Shown here one piece after another: positions 54,610 through 64,000 of a DNA stretch of 64,000 nucleotides. The stretch lies in contig JBGTSP010000001.1 in assembly GCA_041940205.1 (NCBI GenBank), positions 245 to 64,244 on the forward strand. The letters run 5' to 3'. How positions within the stretch are numbered: position 1 is the first letter of the stretch; each line of letters opens with the position of its first letter. The notes beneath the pieces are model-generated. The model was not told where the DNA came from. It saw only the letters and a program-made list of their open reading frames with translations, and did no database searches. Position numbers and translations under genes: made by a program. The stretch comes from Alphaproteobacteria bacterium. GTDB lineage: Bacteria; Pseudomonadota; Alphaproteobacteria; GCA-2731375.

Positions 54610-55350
54610 ATGAGCAAGCCGCACACCGCCTTTGTTTCCGGCGCGGGCCAGAATATCGGCCGCGCCATCGCGCTCCGCCTGGCCGCTGCCGGCTGCCGCG
54701 TCGTCGTCAACGGATCGCGCGACCAGCAGGCGATCGACAGGGTGGCGGGCGAGATCACGCAAGCCGGCGGCGAGGCGCTGGCGCTGAAGGGCGACGTCGG
54801 CCGCCCGGCCGACATCACGGCCATGGCGGAGGCCGCGCTGGCGCGCTTCGGGACGGTCGACATCGTCGTCAACAACGCCGCGATCCGACCCGCCACGCCG
54901 TTTCTGGAGATGAGCGACGAGGAATGCCGGCGGGTGCTGGACATCGACCTGATGAGCGCGATCTGGACGGCGCGGGCCTTCCTGCCCGGCATGGTCGCGA
55001 ACGGCTGGGGCCGGATCGTCAACCTGACCGGCATGAACGCGATCCACGGCTATGCCGGCCGGGCGCCGGTCTCGGTCGCCAAGCACGGCCTGTGGGGTCT
55101 CAGCAAGTCCCTGGCCAAGGAGTTCGGGCCGCAGGGCGTGACGGTCAACGCGATCTCGCCCGGGCCGATCGCCGCGGACGATCCCGACAGCGCGGTGGGT
55201 CGCCATGCCAGCGAACAGCTCGCCCGCATCCCCGTCGGCCGCCTCGGCCGGCCCGACGACATCGCCGCCATGGTCGCCCTGCTGGCCTCCGAGGACGGTG
55301 GTTTCGTGAACGGCCAGATGATCGCGGTGAACGGCGGCGCCCAGACCTGA
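54610..55350 (+). CDS. SDR-family oxidoreductase
   Basis: TGAGQNIGRAIA Rossmann motif, NNAA, catalytic YxxxK-like region. Confidence 0.8.
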   Translation: MSKPHTAFVSGAGQNIGRAIALRLAAAGCRVVVNGSRDQQAIDRVAGEITQAGGEALALKGDVGRPADITAMAEAALARFGTVDIVVNNAAIRPATPFLEMSDEECRRVLDIDLMSAIWTARAFLPGMVANGWGRIVNLTGMNAIHGYAGRAPVSVAKHGLWGLSKSLAKEFGPQGVTVNAISPGPIAADDPDSAVGRHASEQLARIPVGRLGRPDDIAAMVALLASEDGGFVNGQMIAVNGGAQT

Positions 55351-55418
55351 GCGGCTTGTCGGCGGGGTGACGGCGTGTTAATTCAAGTGAATTAGACGGG
55401 TGGCGCCGGGAGGGCGAG

Positions 55419-56264
55419 ATGGGTGATGCGGGGGTGAACGTACGGCCGACCGACGGTGGCGTGGGGGCCTTCGTCGAGGGCATCGATCTGGCCGCGGGCG
55501 TCGGCGACAATACCGCGGGCCTGCTGCGCGAGGCGCTGGGGGCGCACGGCGTGCTGTTCTTCCGCGACCAGGCGATCACGCCGCAGCAGCACATCGCCTT
55601 CGCCGAGCGCTTCGGCGCGATCAACGTCAATCGTTTCTTCGCCGCCGTCGACGGCCATCCGCAGATCGCCGAAGTGCGCAAGGAGGCCGACCAGAAGGCC
55701 AATATCGGCGGCGACTGGCACACCGACCATTCCTACGACACCGAGCCGGCGCTGGGTTCGGTCCTGCTGGCGCGGGACGTGCCGCCGCGTGGCGGCGATA
55801 CCGTGTTCGCCAACATGTACGCCGCCTACGAGGCGCTTTCCGATGGCCTGAAGACGACCCTCGAGGGCCTGTCGGCGGTGCACAGCAGCCGCCGCGCCTT
55901 CGGCGGCGAGTCGCAATATGCCGCGGACCTGAAAGGGCGCATCGGCAATCCCGAGGCGGCGACCCAGGACGCCGTGCATCCCGCGGTGATCCGGCATCCG
56001 ATCAGCGGTCGCAAGGCGCTCTACGTCAATCGCGCCTTCACCCTGCGTTTCGAGGGCTGGAGCGAGGCCGAGAGCGTGCCGCTGCTGCAGTATCTCTACC
56101 AGCATGCGACCCGCCCGGAATTCACCTACCGTTTCCAGTGGGCGCCGAATTCGATCGCCTTCTGGGACAACCGGGCGACCTGGCACTATGCCGTCAACGA
56201 CTATCACGGCGCCCGCCGGCTGATGCACCGCATCACGATCGAAGGCGGCCCGCTCGCCGCTTAG
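55419..56264 (+). CDS. TauD/TfdA-family Fe(II)/2-oxoglutarate dioxygenase
   Basis: WHTDHSYDTEPALGSVL...HxD...H...R pattern. Confidence 0.8.
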   Translation: MGDAGVNVRPTDGGVGAFVEGIDLAAGVGDNTAGLLREALGAHGVLFFRDQAITPQQHIAFAERFGAINVNRFFAAVDGHPQIAEVRKEADQKANIGGDWHTDHSYDTEPALGSVLLARDVPPRGGDTVFANMYAAYEALSDGLKTTLEGLSAVHSSRRAFGGESQYAADLKGRIGNPEAATQDAVHPAVIRHPISGRKALYVNRAFTLRFEGWSEAESVPLLQYLYQHATRPEFTYRFQWAPNSIAFWDNRATWHYAVNDYHGARRLMHRITIEGGPLAA

Positions 56265-56274
56265 AGCATGTGGT

Positions 56275-57324
56275 TTAGCGGGCCAGCAGCTCGTCGATCG
56301 TCGCGCTGCCGCCCAGCAGCACCCTGAGAACGATGCCCGCGCGCCGCCACTGCCGGCGGCGCAGGCGGTTGAGCAGCGTCGCCAGCAGCGCCAGCCAGGC
56401 CGCCGGCAGGAACCAGGGAAAGTGGCGGGCGGTGAAGCGCAGCCGGTTCTTGGCGATGTAGTACTCGGCCACCGGGCTGCGCTCGCGGCGGCCGGCATGC
56501 ACGCCGATGGTCGCGCCGTGCTTGTGGAAGACGGTGCTGTCCGCGGCATAGGTCAGGGCGATGCCCGCCTTGCGGGCGCGCACGCCCCAGTCGGCTTCCT
56601 CGTAGTACAGGAAATAGCCCTCGTGCATCAGGCCGACCGTTTCCAGGAAACGGCGGCTGGCAAGCGCGGCGGCGCCGGCGACATAGTCGAGTTCCGCGCG
56701 GATCTCCGCTTCGGGGCGCAGGTCGGCGGCGGGCCGGTCGGCGCCCAGGTTACGGGTCTGGCCGGCGAAGGCCAGCAGTCGGCCGCCGCCCTGCATCTGC
56801 ACCGTGGCGGGATCGTCATAGTAGCGCAGCGTGCTGCCGCACAGGCCGGCGCCGGAATCCGCCTCCAGCGCGGCGACCGCGCGGGCGAGCGCATCGGCCG
56901 CCACCACGGTGTCGTTGTTCAGCACCCACGCGTAGCGCATGTCGGGGCGGGCGAGGGCATAGCGCAGGCCGACATTGTTGCCGCCGGCATAGCCCAGGTT
57001 GCCGCCGGTGCGGACCAGCACCAGCGGCGTGGCCGGGCCCTCTCCGCGCTCGGCGGCCGCGCGATCGAGCAGGGTGCAGGCCACCGGTTTGGCAAGCGGC
57101 GGCTGCACCAGCGCGGCCAGCGCCGGGTCGTCCGGAACCGGCGCGGCCTCGCGTCCTTCGGCCCAGTCGCGGATGCGCTCCAGCGAGCCGTCGCCCGAGT
57201 CGTTGTCGCAGACCACGACGGTGAGTTCGACATTCTCGCTGCGCAGCACGCTTTCCAGGCATTCCAGCGTGTCGGCCCAGCCGTTGAAGTTCAGCAGGAC
57301 GACGTAGACCCGGCCGTCGGCCAT
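56275..57324 (-). CDS. Glycosyltransferase family 2
   Basis: VLLNFNGWADTLECLESV...VVCDNDSGDGS and DXD region. Confidence 0.75.
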   Translation of the reverse strand: MADGRVYVVLLNFNGWADTLECLESVLRSENVELTVVVCDNDSGDGSLERIRDWAEGREAAPVPDDPALAALVQPPLAKPVACTLLDRAAAERGEGPATPLVLVRTGGNLGYAGGNNVGLRYALARPDMRYAWVLNNDTVVAADALARAVAALEADSGAGLCGSTLRYYDDPATVQMQGGGRLLAFAGQTRNLGADRPAADLRPEAEIRAELDYVAGAAALASRRFLETVGLMHEGYFLYYEEADWGVRARKAGIALTYAADSTVFHKHGATIGVHAGRRERSPVAEYYIAKNRLRFTARHFPWFLPAAWLALLATLLNRLRRRQWRRAGIVLRVLLGGSATIDELLAR

Positions 57325-57326
57325 GG

Positions 57327-59066
57327 TCAGGCGGACAGGGCCCCGGGCAGGTCCAGGCCCGCCGGTGCGGCGCGCGCGCCGCGAATGAGCCGGCCGGGCA
57401 GGGTGCCGGTGAAGACGCCGTCCGCCATCACCTCCTGGCCGGCGACGAAGGTGTGGCGGTAGCCGTCGGCCCGCTGGATCAGGCGCCGCCCGCCCGCCGG
57501 CAGGTCGTGCACGACCTCGGGCAGCCGCAGGGCCAGCGCGTCGAAGTCGATGACGTTGAGGTCCGCGCGCAGCCCCGCCAGCAGGGCGCCGCGATCGCCG
57601 AGCCCGTAGACCCGCGCCGTCGCCCGCGTCTGCTTGTGCACCAGGAAGGGCAGGGGCAGGCGCGGCCCGCGGGTCCGGTCCCGGCCCCAGTGGGTCAGCA
57701 GGCTGGTCGGTGCGCTGGCATCGCAGATCAGGCCGACATGGGCGCCCGCGTCGGCCACGCCGCAGACCGCGTTGGGATCCTCCAGCATGCGCTGCACCAC
57801 GTTCAGGTTGCCCTCGAAATAGTTCTCGAAGGGATGCAGCAGCAGGGTACGCCCGCCATTCGCCAGCATCATCTCCAGCGCCAGATCGACGGGATCGCGC
57901 CCGGCCGCGCGGGCCCGCGCGGCGATCGCGTCCCCGGGATCGGGTTCGTAGTCGACCGGATCGACCAGCGCGAAGGTGCGCTCGAGCACCGCGTCCATCC
58001 AGCGGCCGTGACCGTCCTTCGGCCGCTCGGCAACCAGGGCGCGGCGCAGCGCCGGGTCGTTCTCGATGCGGGCGATGCGCGCCGCGTGCGACAGGTCCGA
58101 CAGCGCCGTCCAGGCCGGATGGGTCAGGAAGGGATGGATCGAGGCCTCGAGGCCGATCAGGATGCCGATCGGCCGGGAACCGACCTGGGCGGTGCAGTCG
58201 AGGCCCGCGGCGGCGGCCTCGCCGACCTGCGCCAGGGTCTCGGCCCAGAGATCGGGATGCTTGTCGACCTGCACCAGCAGCACCGACAGCGGTCGGCCGG
58301 CCAGTTCGGCCACTTCCCGCATGATCTCGAACTCGCCGGGTCCGAAATCGGAATTGACTTCGATCACGCCGCGCCCGGCGCGGCGCATCGCCCGGGCGAG
58401 GCCGGCCAGTTCCGGTTCGCGGGCGCTCAGGCTGGGCGTGAGCCGGCCGTCGGCGGCGCGATGCTTGATCGTGCGCGACGTGGTGAAGCCCAGCGCGCCG
58501 GCCGCCAGGGCGTCTTTCAGTTCCCGCCCCATCGCCGCGATCTCGTCTTCCGTGGGCAGCGATTCATGGTCGGCGCCGCGCGCGCCCATGGCGAAGAAGC
58601 GCAGCGCGGCATGCGGCACCTGGGCGCCGATGTCCATGATCCGGGGCGTGCTGTCGAGCAGGTCGAGATATTCGGCGAAATTCTCCCAGCTGAAGTCGAT
58701 GCCTTCCGACAGCACGCTTTCGGGGATGTCCTCGACGCCTTCCATCAGGTTGATCAGGTAGCGCTCGCTGCCGGCACGCACCGGGGCGAATCCGACGCCG
58801 CAATTGCCGAACACGGCCGTGGTCACGCCGTGCCAGGAGGACGGCGTGAGATAGGGATCCCAGGTGGCCTGGCCGTCGTAGTGGGTATGGATGTCGACCC
58901 AGCCCGGGGTCACGAGAGCGCCGTCGGCGTCGATCTCCCGCCTGGCCGGACCGGCGCGGCCGTCGGCCGAGACGATCAGGCCGTCGTCGACGGCAATATC
59001 GGCCGTGCGCTCCGGCGCGCCCGTCCCGTCGACCACCCGGCCGCCGCGGATTACCAGATCATGCAT
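57327..59066 (-). CDS. D-aminoacylase / N-acyl-D-amino-acid deacylase family amidohydrolase
   Basis: MHDLVIRGGRVVDGTG...PGWVDIHTHYDGQ; start trimmed from 700-aa ORF. Confidence 0.8.
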   Translation of the reverse strand: MHDLVIRGGRVVDGTGAPERTADIAVDDGLIVSADGRAGPARREIDADGALVTPGWVDIHTHYDGQATWDPYLTPSSWHGVTTAVFGNCGVGFAPVRAGSERYLINLMEGVEDIPESVLSEGIDFSWENFAEYLDLLDSTPRIMDIGAQVPHAALRFFAMGARGADHESLPTEDEIAAMGRELKDALAAGALGFTTSRTIKHRAADGRLTPSLSAREPELAGLARAMRRAGRGVIEVNSDFGPGEFEIMREVAELAGRPLSVLLVQVDKHPDLWAETLAQVGEAAAAGLDCTAQVGSRPIGILIGLEASIHPFLTHPAWTALSDLSHAARIARIENDPALRRALVAERPKDGHGRWMDAVLERTFALVDPVDYEPDPGDAIAARARAAGRDPVDLALEMMLANGGRTLLLHPFENYFEGNLNVVQRMLEDPNAVCGVADAGAHVGLICDASAPTSLLTHWGRDRTRGPRLPLPFLVHKQTRATARVYGLGDRGALLAGLRADLNVIDFDALALRLPEVVHDLPAGGRRLIQRADGYRHTFVAGQEVMADGVFTGTLPGRLIRGARAAPAGLDLPGALSA

Positions 59067-59137
59067 GTTCGAAGCCCTCCCGGGCGCAGGATGCCACCGC
59101 CGCCCGCGCCCTGCCAAGCGGCGCGGCGCGGCCGATG

Positions 59138-60325
59138 TCAGCCCGCGATCACGCCCTCGGCGCGCAGCTGGCCGCGTTCCTCGGACGAGAATCCGGCTTC
59201 CTCCAGAATCTCGTCGCTGTGCTGGCCCAGCTGCGGCGCCCCGAAGCGGTGTTCCGGCGTCGTGGCGCTGTAGCGCGCCGCGGCGCGGGCCTGGCGCAGT
59301 CGGCCGGCGACGGGATGATCGTTCTCGGTGACGATGCCGCTGGCGACGATCTGCGGGTGCTCGATCATCGCGGAGCGGGTCAGTACCGGGGCGCAGGGCA
59401 CGCCATGGTCGGTCAGGATCTCCATCCATTCATCCGTTGTCCGCGTCCGCAGCACCGACTGGATCAGTTCGAGGCGGGCATCGATGTTGAGATCGCGCAG
59501 CTCGGTTGTCTTGAAGCGCTCGTCCTCCAGCCATTCCGGCGTGCCGAAGGCCCGGGTGAGCGCCTGCCACTGCGCGTCGGTCATCACCGCGACGCTCATG
59601 TGTCCGTCGGCGGTCTCGTAGATCAGGTCGATGAAGCTGGCCGCGCGCTGCTGGCTGACCTGCTTGCCGACATAGGTCTGCCCGCCCATGTCGGAGGACC
59701 ACAGAAAGGCGGTCACGGCGTCCAGCATCGACAGGCGGACGTGCTGGCCCTCGCCGCTGCGCTCGCGCGCCAGCAGCGCCGCCGTGATCGCCTGCGAGGC
59801 GGTGATCGCCGTGACCTTGTCGGGCACGATGGTGCGGATCAGCCGCGGCCGGTTCCGGTCCGAGCCGCCCTGGACCGAGGCCAGGCCCGAGAGCGCCTGG
59901 ACGATGGGATCGTAAACCGGCTTGTCGGCGAACGGTCCGGTCTCGCCGAAACCGCTGATCGAGACATAGACGATGTCCTCGCGGACGGCCCGCAGGTCGG
60001 CTTCGCCGATCCCCATGCGCTCGACCACGCCCGGCCGGAAATTCTGCACCACGCAGTCGCAGGTCGCGGCCAGCCGCTTGAGCACGGCGATGCCCTGCGG
60101 GTTCTTCAGGTCGAGGCAGATCGAGCGCTTGTTCCGGTTGTTGTTCAGGAACGAGGCCGACATCCCGTTGCTCTTGTTGCCGGCCGCCCGGGTGAAGTCG
60201 CCCCGGCCCGGCGGCTCGACCTTGATGACGTCGGCACCCTGGTCGGCGAGGATCATGGTGGCGAAGGGGCCTGAGATGACGGCACTCAGGTCGAGGATGC
60301 GAAATCCGTGCAGGGGACCGGGCAT
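59138..60325 (-). CDS. CoA-transferase family III (CaiB/BaiF)
   Basis: LHGFRILDLSAVISGPFATMILADQGADVIKVEPP N-terminal signature. Confidence 0.8.
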   Translation of the reverse strand: MPGPLHGFRILDLSAVISGPFATMILADQGADVIKVEPPGRGDFTRAAGNKSNGMSASFLNNNRNKRSICLDLKNPQGIAVLKRLAATCDCVVQNFRPGVVERMGIGEADLRAVREDIVYVSISGFGETGPFADKPVYDPIVQALSGLASVQGGSDRNRPRLIRTIVPDKVTAITASQAITAALLARERSGEGQHVRLSMLDAVTAFLWSSDMGGQTYVGKQVSQQRAASFIDLIYETADGHMSVAVMTDAQWQALTRAFGTPEWLEDERFKTTELRDLNIDARLELIQSVLRTRTTDEWMEILTDHGVPCAPVLTRSAMIEHPQIVASGIVTENDHPVAGRLRQARAAARYSATTPEHRFGAPQLGQHSDEILEEAGFSSEERGQLRAEGVIAG

Positions 60326-60441
60326 GGCGGGCTCGTGCTGACAGGCCGGCTGCACGTCTGGAGACGGGCGCCGACGGTGAACGGGCCCGCTATCCTGCCG
60401 TCTTGTCCGGATTCCGCAAGGCGCGGTGTCTGCCGGCGTTC

Positions 60442-61680
60442 TCAGACCGCGTGTCGGCGCTTGTCCCGTCCGGCATCGAGGAAGGCGCGGGCGTCCTCGA
60501 AGGCAAGCGGCCTGGCGAAATGGTAGCCCTGGCCCAGGCCGCAGCCCAGGCGGTGCAGGATTTCCGCCTGGCTGGCTTCCTCGATCCCCTCGGCGACCAG
60601 CGACAGGCCGAGGTCGTTGCCGAGATTGACCAGCGAGCGCACGATGCTGGCCGACAGCGTGTCCTGCTCCATCGCCATGACGAAGGAACGGTCGATCTTC
60701 ATCGCGTCGATCGGGAAGCGGTGCAGGTAGCTGAGACTGGAATAGCCCGTGCCGAAATCGTCCAGCGCGATGCTGGCGCCGAGGCCGCGGCAGTCGTTCA
60801 GGGCCTGCACCACCTTGCCCTGGTCGGCGACGAAGGCGGATTCCGTGATCTCGATCTTCATCGCTTCGGGCGAGATGCCGGCGCGTGCGCAGGAATCCCG
60901 GAACTGGTCGACGAATCCCGGATCGGCGAGATCCTTGGGCGAGCAGTTGACGGCGACGAACGGCGGCGCCTCGGGGAGCTCGTCGCGGAAGCGCGCGGCC
61001 GCGCAGCAGGCGGTGCGCATCACCCAGGAATCGAGCTTCTTGATCAGGCCGGAATTCTCGGCCAGTGGAATGAACACGTTGGGCGGGACCATGCCGCGAT
61101 CGGGGTGGCGCCAGCGCACCAGGGCCTCGAAGCCGGCCGGGCGATGGTCGTCGAGCCGCACGATCGGCTGGTAGGCGAGTTCCAGCGCATCCTGCTCGAT
61201 CGCCAGGCTGAGTTCCTGTTCCAGGCGCACCTCGCCCATCGCGGCGATGGCGGCGCGGCGGGTATAGGCCGGCCGCTCGGCGACGAGCGGCAGCGGGATC
61301 GGCTCGTCCGAAGTATCGCTGCCGACGCCGAAACCGGTCTTCATGATGTCGCGAAAGCGTTCCATCAGCACATCGACGCACAGCCGCAGCACCGGATCGG
61401 CCTGCTTGAGACGGCCGGCGATCTGCTGGCGGGTGATCACCAGGAGTTCGCAATCGCCCACGGCCCGGGCGGTGGCGGAACGCGGCTTGTCGTCGAGGAT
61501 GGCCATCTCGCCGACCATCTCGCCCTTGCCCGGGCGGGCCAGAACAATGTTCACCCCGTCGCGCACCACCGATATCTCCACCTCGCCACGCTCGATGGCG
61601 TAGGCGTGGTGGCCGGAATCACCTTCCTGGAAGATCACTTCACCGTCCCGGTAAAGCACGGTGCCGAGCTGCGACGGCAT
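60442..61680 (-). CDS. Cyclic-nucleotide-binding domain plus EAL phosphodiesterase protein
   Basis: cNMP-binding fold (FQEGDSGHHAYAIERGEVE...GEMAILD...RSATARA) then EAL motifs EALVRW, DDFGTGYSS, QGY. Confidence 0.8.
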   Translation of the reverse strand: MPSQLGTVLYRDGEVIFQEGDSGHHAYAIERGEVEISVVRDGVNIVLARPGKGEMVGEMAILDDKPRSATARAVGDCELLVITRQQIAGRLKQADPVLRLCVDVLMERFRDIMKTGFGVGSDTSDEPIPLPLVAERPAYTRRAAIAAMGEVRLEQELSLAIEQDALELAYQPIVRLDDHRPAGFEALVRWRHPDRGMVPPNVFIPLAENSGLIKKLDSWVMRTACCAAARFRDELPEAPPFVAVNCSPKDLADPGFVDQFRDSCARAGISPEAMKIEITESAFVADQGKVVQALNDCRGLGASIALDDFGTGYSSLSYLHRFPIDAMKIDRSFVMAMEQDTLSASIVRSLVNLGNDLGLSLVAEGIEEASQAEILHRLGCGLGQGYHFARPLAFEDARAFLDAGRDKRRHAV

Positions 61681-61918
61681 GACCGGATCTCCGCTCTGGT
61701 CTGCGGGGGGCTGTTCAACGCTCAAGTGTCCCTCACGCGGGTTAAAGTTTCGCCAATGCCCTCGCTTTGTGCTTTTCTTTGGAGAAGTCGGGCGCCTGCA
61801 CACGGCCACCCGCCCGTGTTTACGCGAACATTCTCATTTTAGATGACCACCGGAGATTGTGACAGGGCCGATTTGCCCGCTTCGCGGCGAACCGCGGGCG
61901 CTCCTGTTCGGCTCCGCG

Positions 61919-63559
61919 TCAGACCGGCGCCGCCTCCGGCGGTTCCCGGCCCAGGATCAGGTCGGCGGCCTTTTCCGCGATCATCATGGTCGCGGCGTTG
62001 GTGTTTGCCGACGGCATCGTCGGCATGATCGAGGCATCCGCGATGTGCAGGCCGTCCAGTCCGTGCAGGCGCAGGCGGTCGTCGACGACGGCCGACGGAT
62101 CGCTGGCGGGTCCCATGCGGCAGGTGCCCATCAGGTGGAACATGGTGGTGCCGCGCCGGCGGGCGAAGTCGAGCACCTCGTCGTCGCTTTCCACCCCCGG
62201 ACCGGGCAGTTCCTCGCCCGCGTAATAGGGCGCGAGCGCGGGCGTCGACAGCAGCCGGCGGGCGAGGCGGACCCCGCCGATTGTCGTCTGCCGGTCGCTC
62301 TCGTGGGCCAGGTAGTTGGGCTGGATCTCCGGCGCCTCGCGCGGATCGGCGGCGCGAATGCGCACATGTCCGGTGCTTTCGGGGCGGTGCGGCCAGGGCG
62401 CGCAGGTCATGCCGGGAAAGTCGTCGAGCCGGGCCTGCACGCCCTCCTTGTAGCTCGCGGGCGTGAAGGTCATTTGCAGGTCCGCCTGGTCGAGGCCCTC
62501 GCGCGATTTCCAGAAACAGAACACCAGGGACGGCTGCAGGGTCAGGATGCTTTGCGCGCCGAGAAAATACTTGCCGATCTCGGCCGCCAGCGCGAGACCG
62601 CGGGCGCGTTCGTTGAGGGTTTTCTGATCGCGCACCCGCGCGACCACGCGGGGACCGAAATGGTCGCGCAGGTTCTCGCCCACGCCCGAGAGCGCATGGC
62701 GCACCGGGATGCCGCGCTCGCGCAGCAGCGCCTCCGGGCCGATGCCCGAAAGCTGCAGCAGTTGCGGCGAGTTCACGGCGCCGCCGCTCAGCACGACCGA
62801 GCGTCGCGCCGTCACCGTCTCCTCGCGGCCGCCCCGCAGATAGCGCACGCCGGTGACGCGGCCCTCGTCGATCTCCAGCGCGCCCGCCAGCGCGTGGGTA
62901 CGGATTTCCAGGTTGGCGCGGCCGCGCGCCGGCGCGAGGAAGGCGGTGGCGGCGCTGATCCGCCGGCGACCGTGGATCGCCCGCTGGAAATAGCCGACGC
63001 CGTCCTGGTGGCCGCTGTTGTAGTCGGGATTGCGCGGGATGCCCGCCGCGACAGCGCCCGCGATGAAGGCCTCGCACAGGGGATGATGCCATTCCAGGTC
63101 GGTGACCGGCAGCTCGCCGTCCGATCCGCGCAGTTGCGGGTCCGCAGCGGCTTCGCCGGCGCCGACGATGCGCCGTTCGAAGCGCCTGAAATAGGGCACC
63201 ACGTCGGCGAAACCCCAGCCGCGATTGCCGCGCTGGGCCCAGCCGTCGAAATCCAGCCGCTGTCCGCGATTGATGATGTGTCCGTTGATGGCGCTGGAGC
63301 CGCCCAGCACCTTGCCGCGCGGCGCGTGGATCGAGCGGCCCGCGATCCCGGCGCCGGGTTCCGTGGCATAGAGCCAGTTCATGGAGGTGCCGGTCAGGGT
63401 CTTCATGAAGCCCGCCGGAATGTGCAGGTAGGGATGCCAGTTCGAGCCGCCGGCCTCCAGCAGGCAGACGGTGTGCCGGCCGTCGGCGCTCAACCGGTTG
63501 GCCAGGATGCAGCCGGCTGTGCAGGCGCCGACGATGACGTAATCGAAACTCTCGGACAT
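61919..63559 (-). CDS. GMC-family oxidoreductase (choline dehydrogenase-like)
   Basis: FDYVIVGACTAGCILANRLS FAD fold, GMC signatures, C-terminal catalytic H. Confidence 0.85.
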   Translation of the reverse strand: MSESFDYVIVGACTAGCILANRLSADGRHTVCLLEAGGSNWHPYLHIPAGFMKTLTGTSMNWLYATEPGAGIAGRSIHAPRGKVLGGSSAINGHIINRGQRLDFDGWAQRGNRGWGFADVVPYFRRFERRIVGAGEAAADPQLRGSDGELPVTDLEWHHPLCEAFIAGAVAAGIPRNPDYNSGHQDGVGYFQRAIHGRRRISAATAFLAPARGRANLEIRTHALAGALEIDEGRVTGVRYLRGGREETVTARRSVVLSGGAVNSPQLLQLSGIGPEALLRERGIPVRHALSGVGENLRDHFGPRVVARVRDQKTLNERARGLALAAEIGKYFLGAQSILTLQPSLVFCFWKSREGLDQADLQMTFTPASYKEGVQARLDDFPGMTCAPWPHRPESTGHVRIRAADPREAPEIQPNYLAHESDRQTTIGGVRLARRLLSTPALAPYYAGEELPGPGVESDDEVLDFARRRGTTMFHLMGTCRMGPASDPSAVVDDRLRLHGLDGLHIADASIMPTMPSANTNAATMMIAEKAADLILGREPPEAAPV

Positions 63560-63648
63560 GGCGGACCTCCCGGCCCTGACCTATCCGAGAATGACGGCGC
63601 TGTCTCGCCGTGTCGCCCGCGCGTCTGCGCGGACGGCCGGATGGCCGC

Positions 63649-64000
63649 TCAGGCGGCCGCCTGGCGCAGGTCCTGGACCACCCGGTCGACGCTGCCCTGC
63701 AGTTCGTTCAGCCGTTCGACCACGCTCTCGGTGGCCGAGCGCATCTCCTGCGTCAGGCTGGTCGTGTGGGCCGACTTGTCGACCACGGTGCGGATCGACT
63801 CGGTCATCGTGCGGTTGCCCTGGGTGACCACGCCGACCGCGCGGCCGATCTCGTCGGCGGCGCTGTTCTGTTCGTCCATCGCCTCGGCGATCGAGGTGGA
63901 GACGCTGTCCATGTCGGCGATCGTGCCGCTGATCGACTGAATCGCCTCGACGACGCTGGCGATCGTGTCCTGCACCTCGTTGATCTGGGTGCGGATGTCC
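63649..64000 (-). CDS. Methyl-accepting chemotaxis protein, C-terminal signalling domain (gene continues beyond window end)
   Basis: MCP signalling helices with EQNSAADEIGRAV-type highly conserved region; open to window edge. Confidence 0.6.
   Translation of the reverse strand, partial: DIRTQINEVQDTIASVVEAIQSISGTIADMDSVSTSIAEAMDEQNSAADEIGRAVGVVTQGNRTMTESIRTVVDKSAHTTSLTQEMRSATESVVERLNELQGSVDRVVQDLRQAAA

Noticed and set aside
61859-63940. 693-aa plus-strand ORF
   Set aside because: Antisense to the GMC oxidoreductase, which has an unmistakable FAD/GMC signature; the product is low-complexity.
1-64000. CRISPR arrays, rRNA genes, IS elements or transposases
   Set aside because: No spacer-repeat periodicity, no rRNA-like conserved stretches and no transposase-like ORFs (DDE/HTH_Tnp) were seen; the only mobile element supported is the prophage.

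Overview
This is a high-GC (about 67-68 %) alphaproteobacterial chromosome segment carrying a roughly 40-kb temperate siphovirus-type prophage. The prophage is integrated into the 3' end of a tRNA-Val(GAC) gene. Its junctions are attL at about 7152-7207 and attR at about 47107-47162, a 56-bp direct repeat of the tRNA 3' end.

Prophage layout, left to right:
- tyrosine integrase and an excisionase-like HTH gene next to attL;
- a leftward early operon: Gp37/Gp68-family (DUF5131) protein, a DUF551-like protein, and an unusual HTH-ParB-like fusion protein;
- a lower-GC gap at 14.1-14.7 kb containing hairpins;
- a divergent CI-like (HTH+S24 peptidase) / Cro-like immunity switch;
- a rightward early operon with tightly overlapping ATGA junctions: CII-like, HD hydrolase, wHTH/zinc-ribbon protein, orphan N6-adenine methyltransferase;
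- an inverted hicAB toxin-antitoxin pair;
- CHC2 primase and a P4/D5-type primase-helicase, followed by iteron-like tandem repeats;
- lambda-like packaging and head module: Nu1-like TerS, gpA-family TerL, gpW, lambda-type portal, S49 prohead protease/scaffold, decoration-position protein, major capsid;
- head-tail joining, tail completion and tail terminator candidates, major tail protein, G/GT tail chaperones with a -1 slippery site A_AAA_AAC, and an 1189-aa tape measure;
- four non-lambda tail-tip proteins;
- a lysis cassette: lipoprotein, membrane proteins, M15 peptidase endolysin, GTA-type 3TM holin;
- a lower-GC cargo pair next to attR: a MerR-HTH-DUF433 fusion plus a DUF5615 PIN-like protein, read as a putative toxin-antitoxin or defence module.

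A family of about 10 copies of a GC-rich 15-17 bp perfect palindrome, GGCGAACGSCGTTCGCC with a GGCGAACCGCGTTCGC variant, lies at gene 3' ends and junctions throughout the prophage. I did not find it in the flanking host DNA. I read it as a stoperator- or KorB-operator-like site set, possibly bound by the phage HTH-ParB protein.

Host flanks:
- left: DMT transporter, OYE flavin oxidoreductase, GAF-REC-Hpt response regulator, lytic transglycosylase, N-formylglutamate amidohydrolase, CpdR-like single-domain response regulator;
- right: PhyH dioxygenase, GNAT, PAS protein, PEP-mutase/ICL-family enzyme, FAD monooxygenase, SIMPL protein, HtpG, SDR, TauD dioxygenase, GT2, D-aminoacylase, CaiB-type CoA transferase, cNMP-EAL phosphodiesterase, GMC oxidoreductase, and a partial MCP.

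No rRNA or CRISPR arrays were seen.
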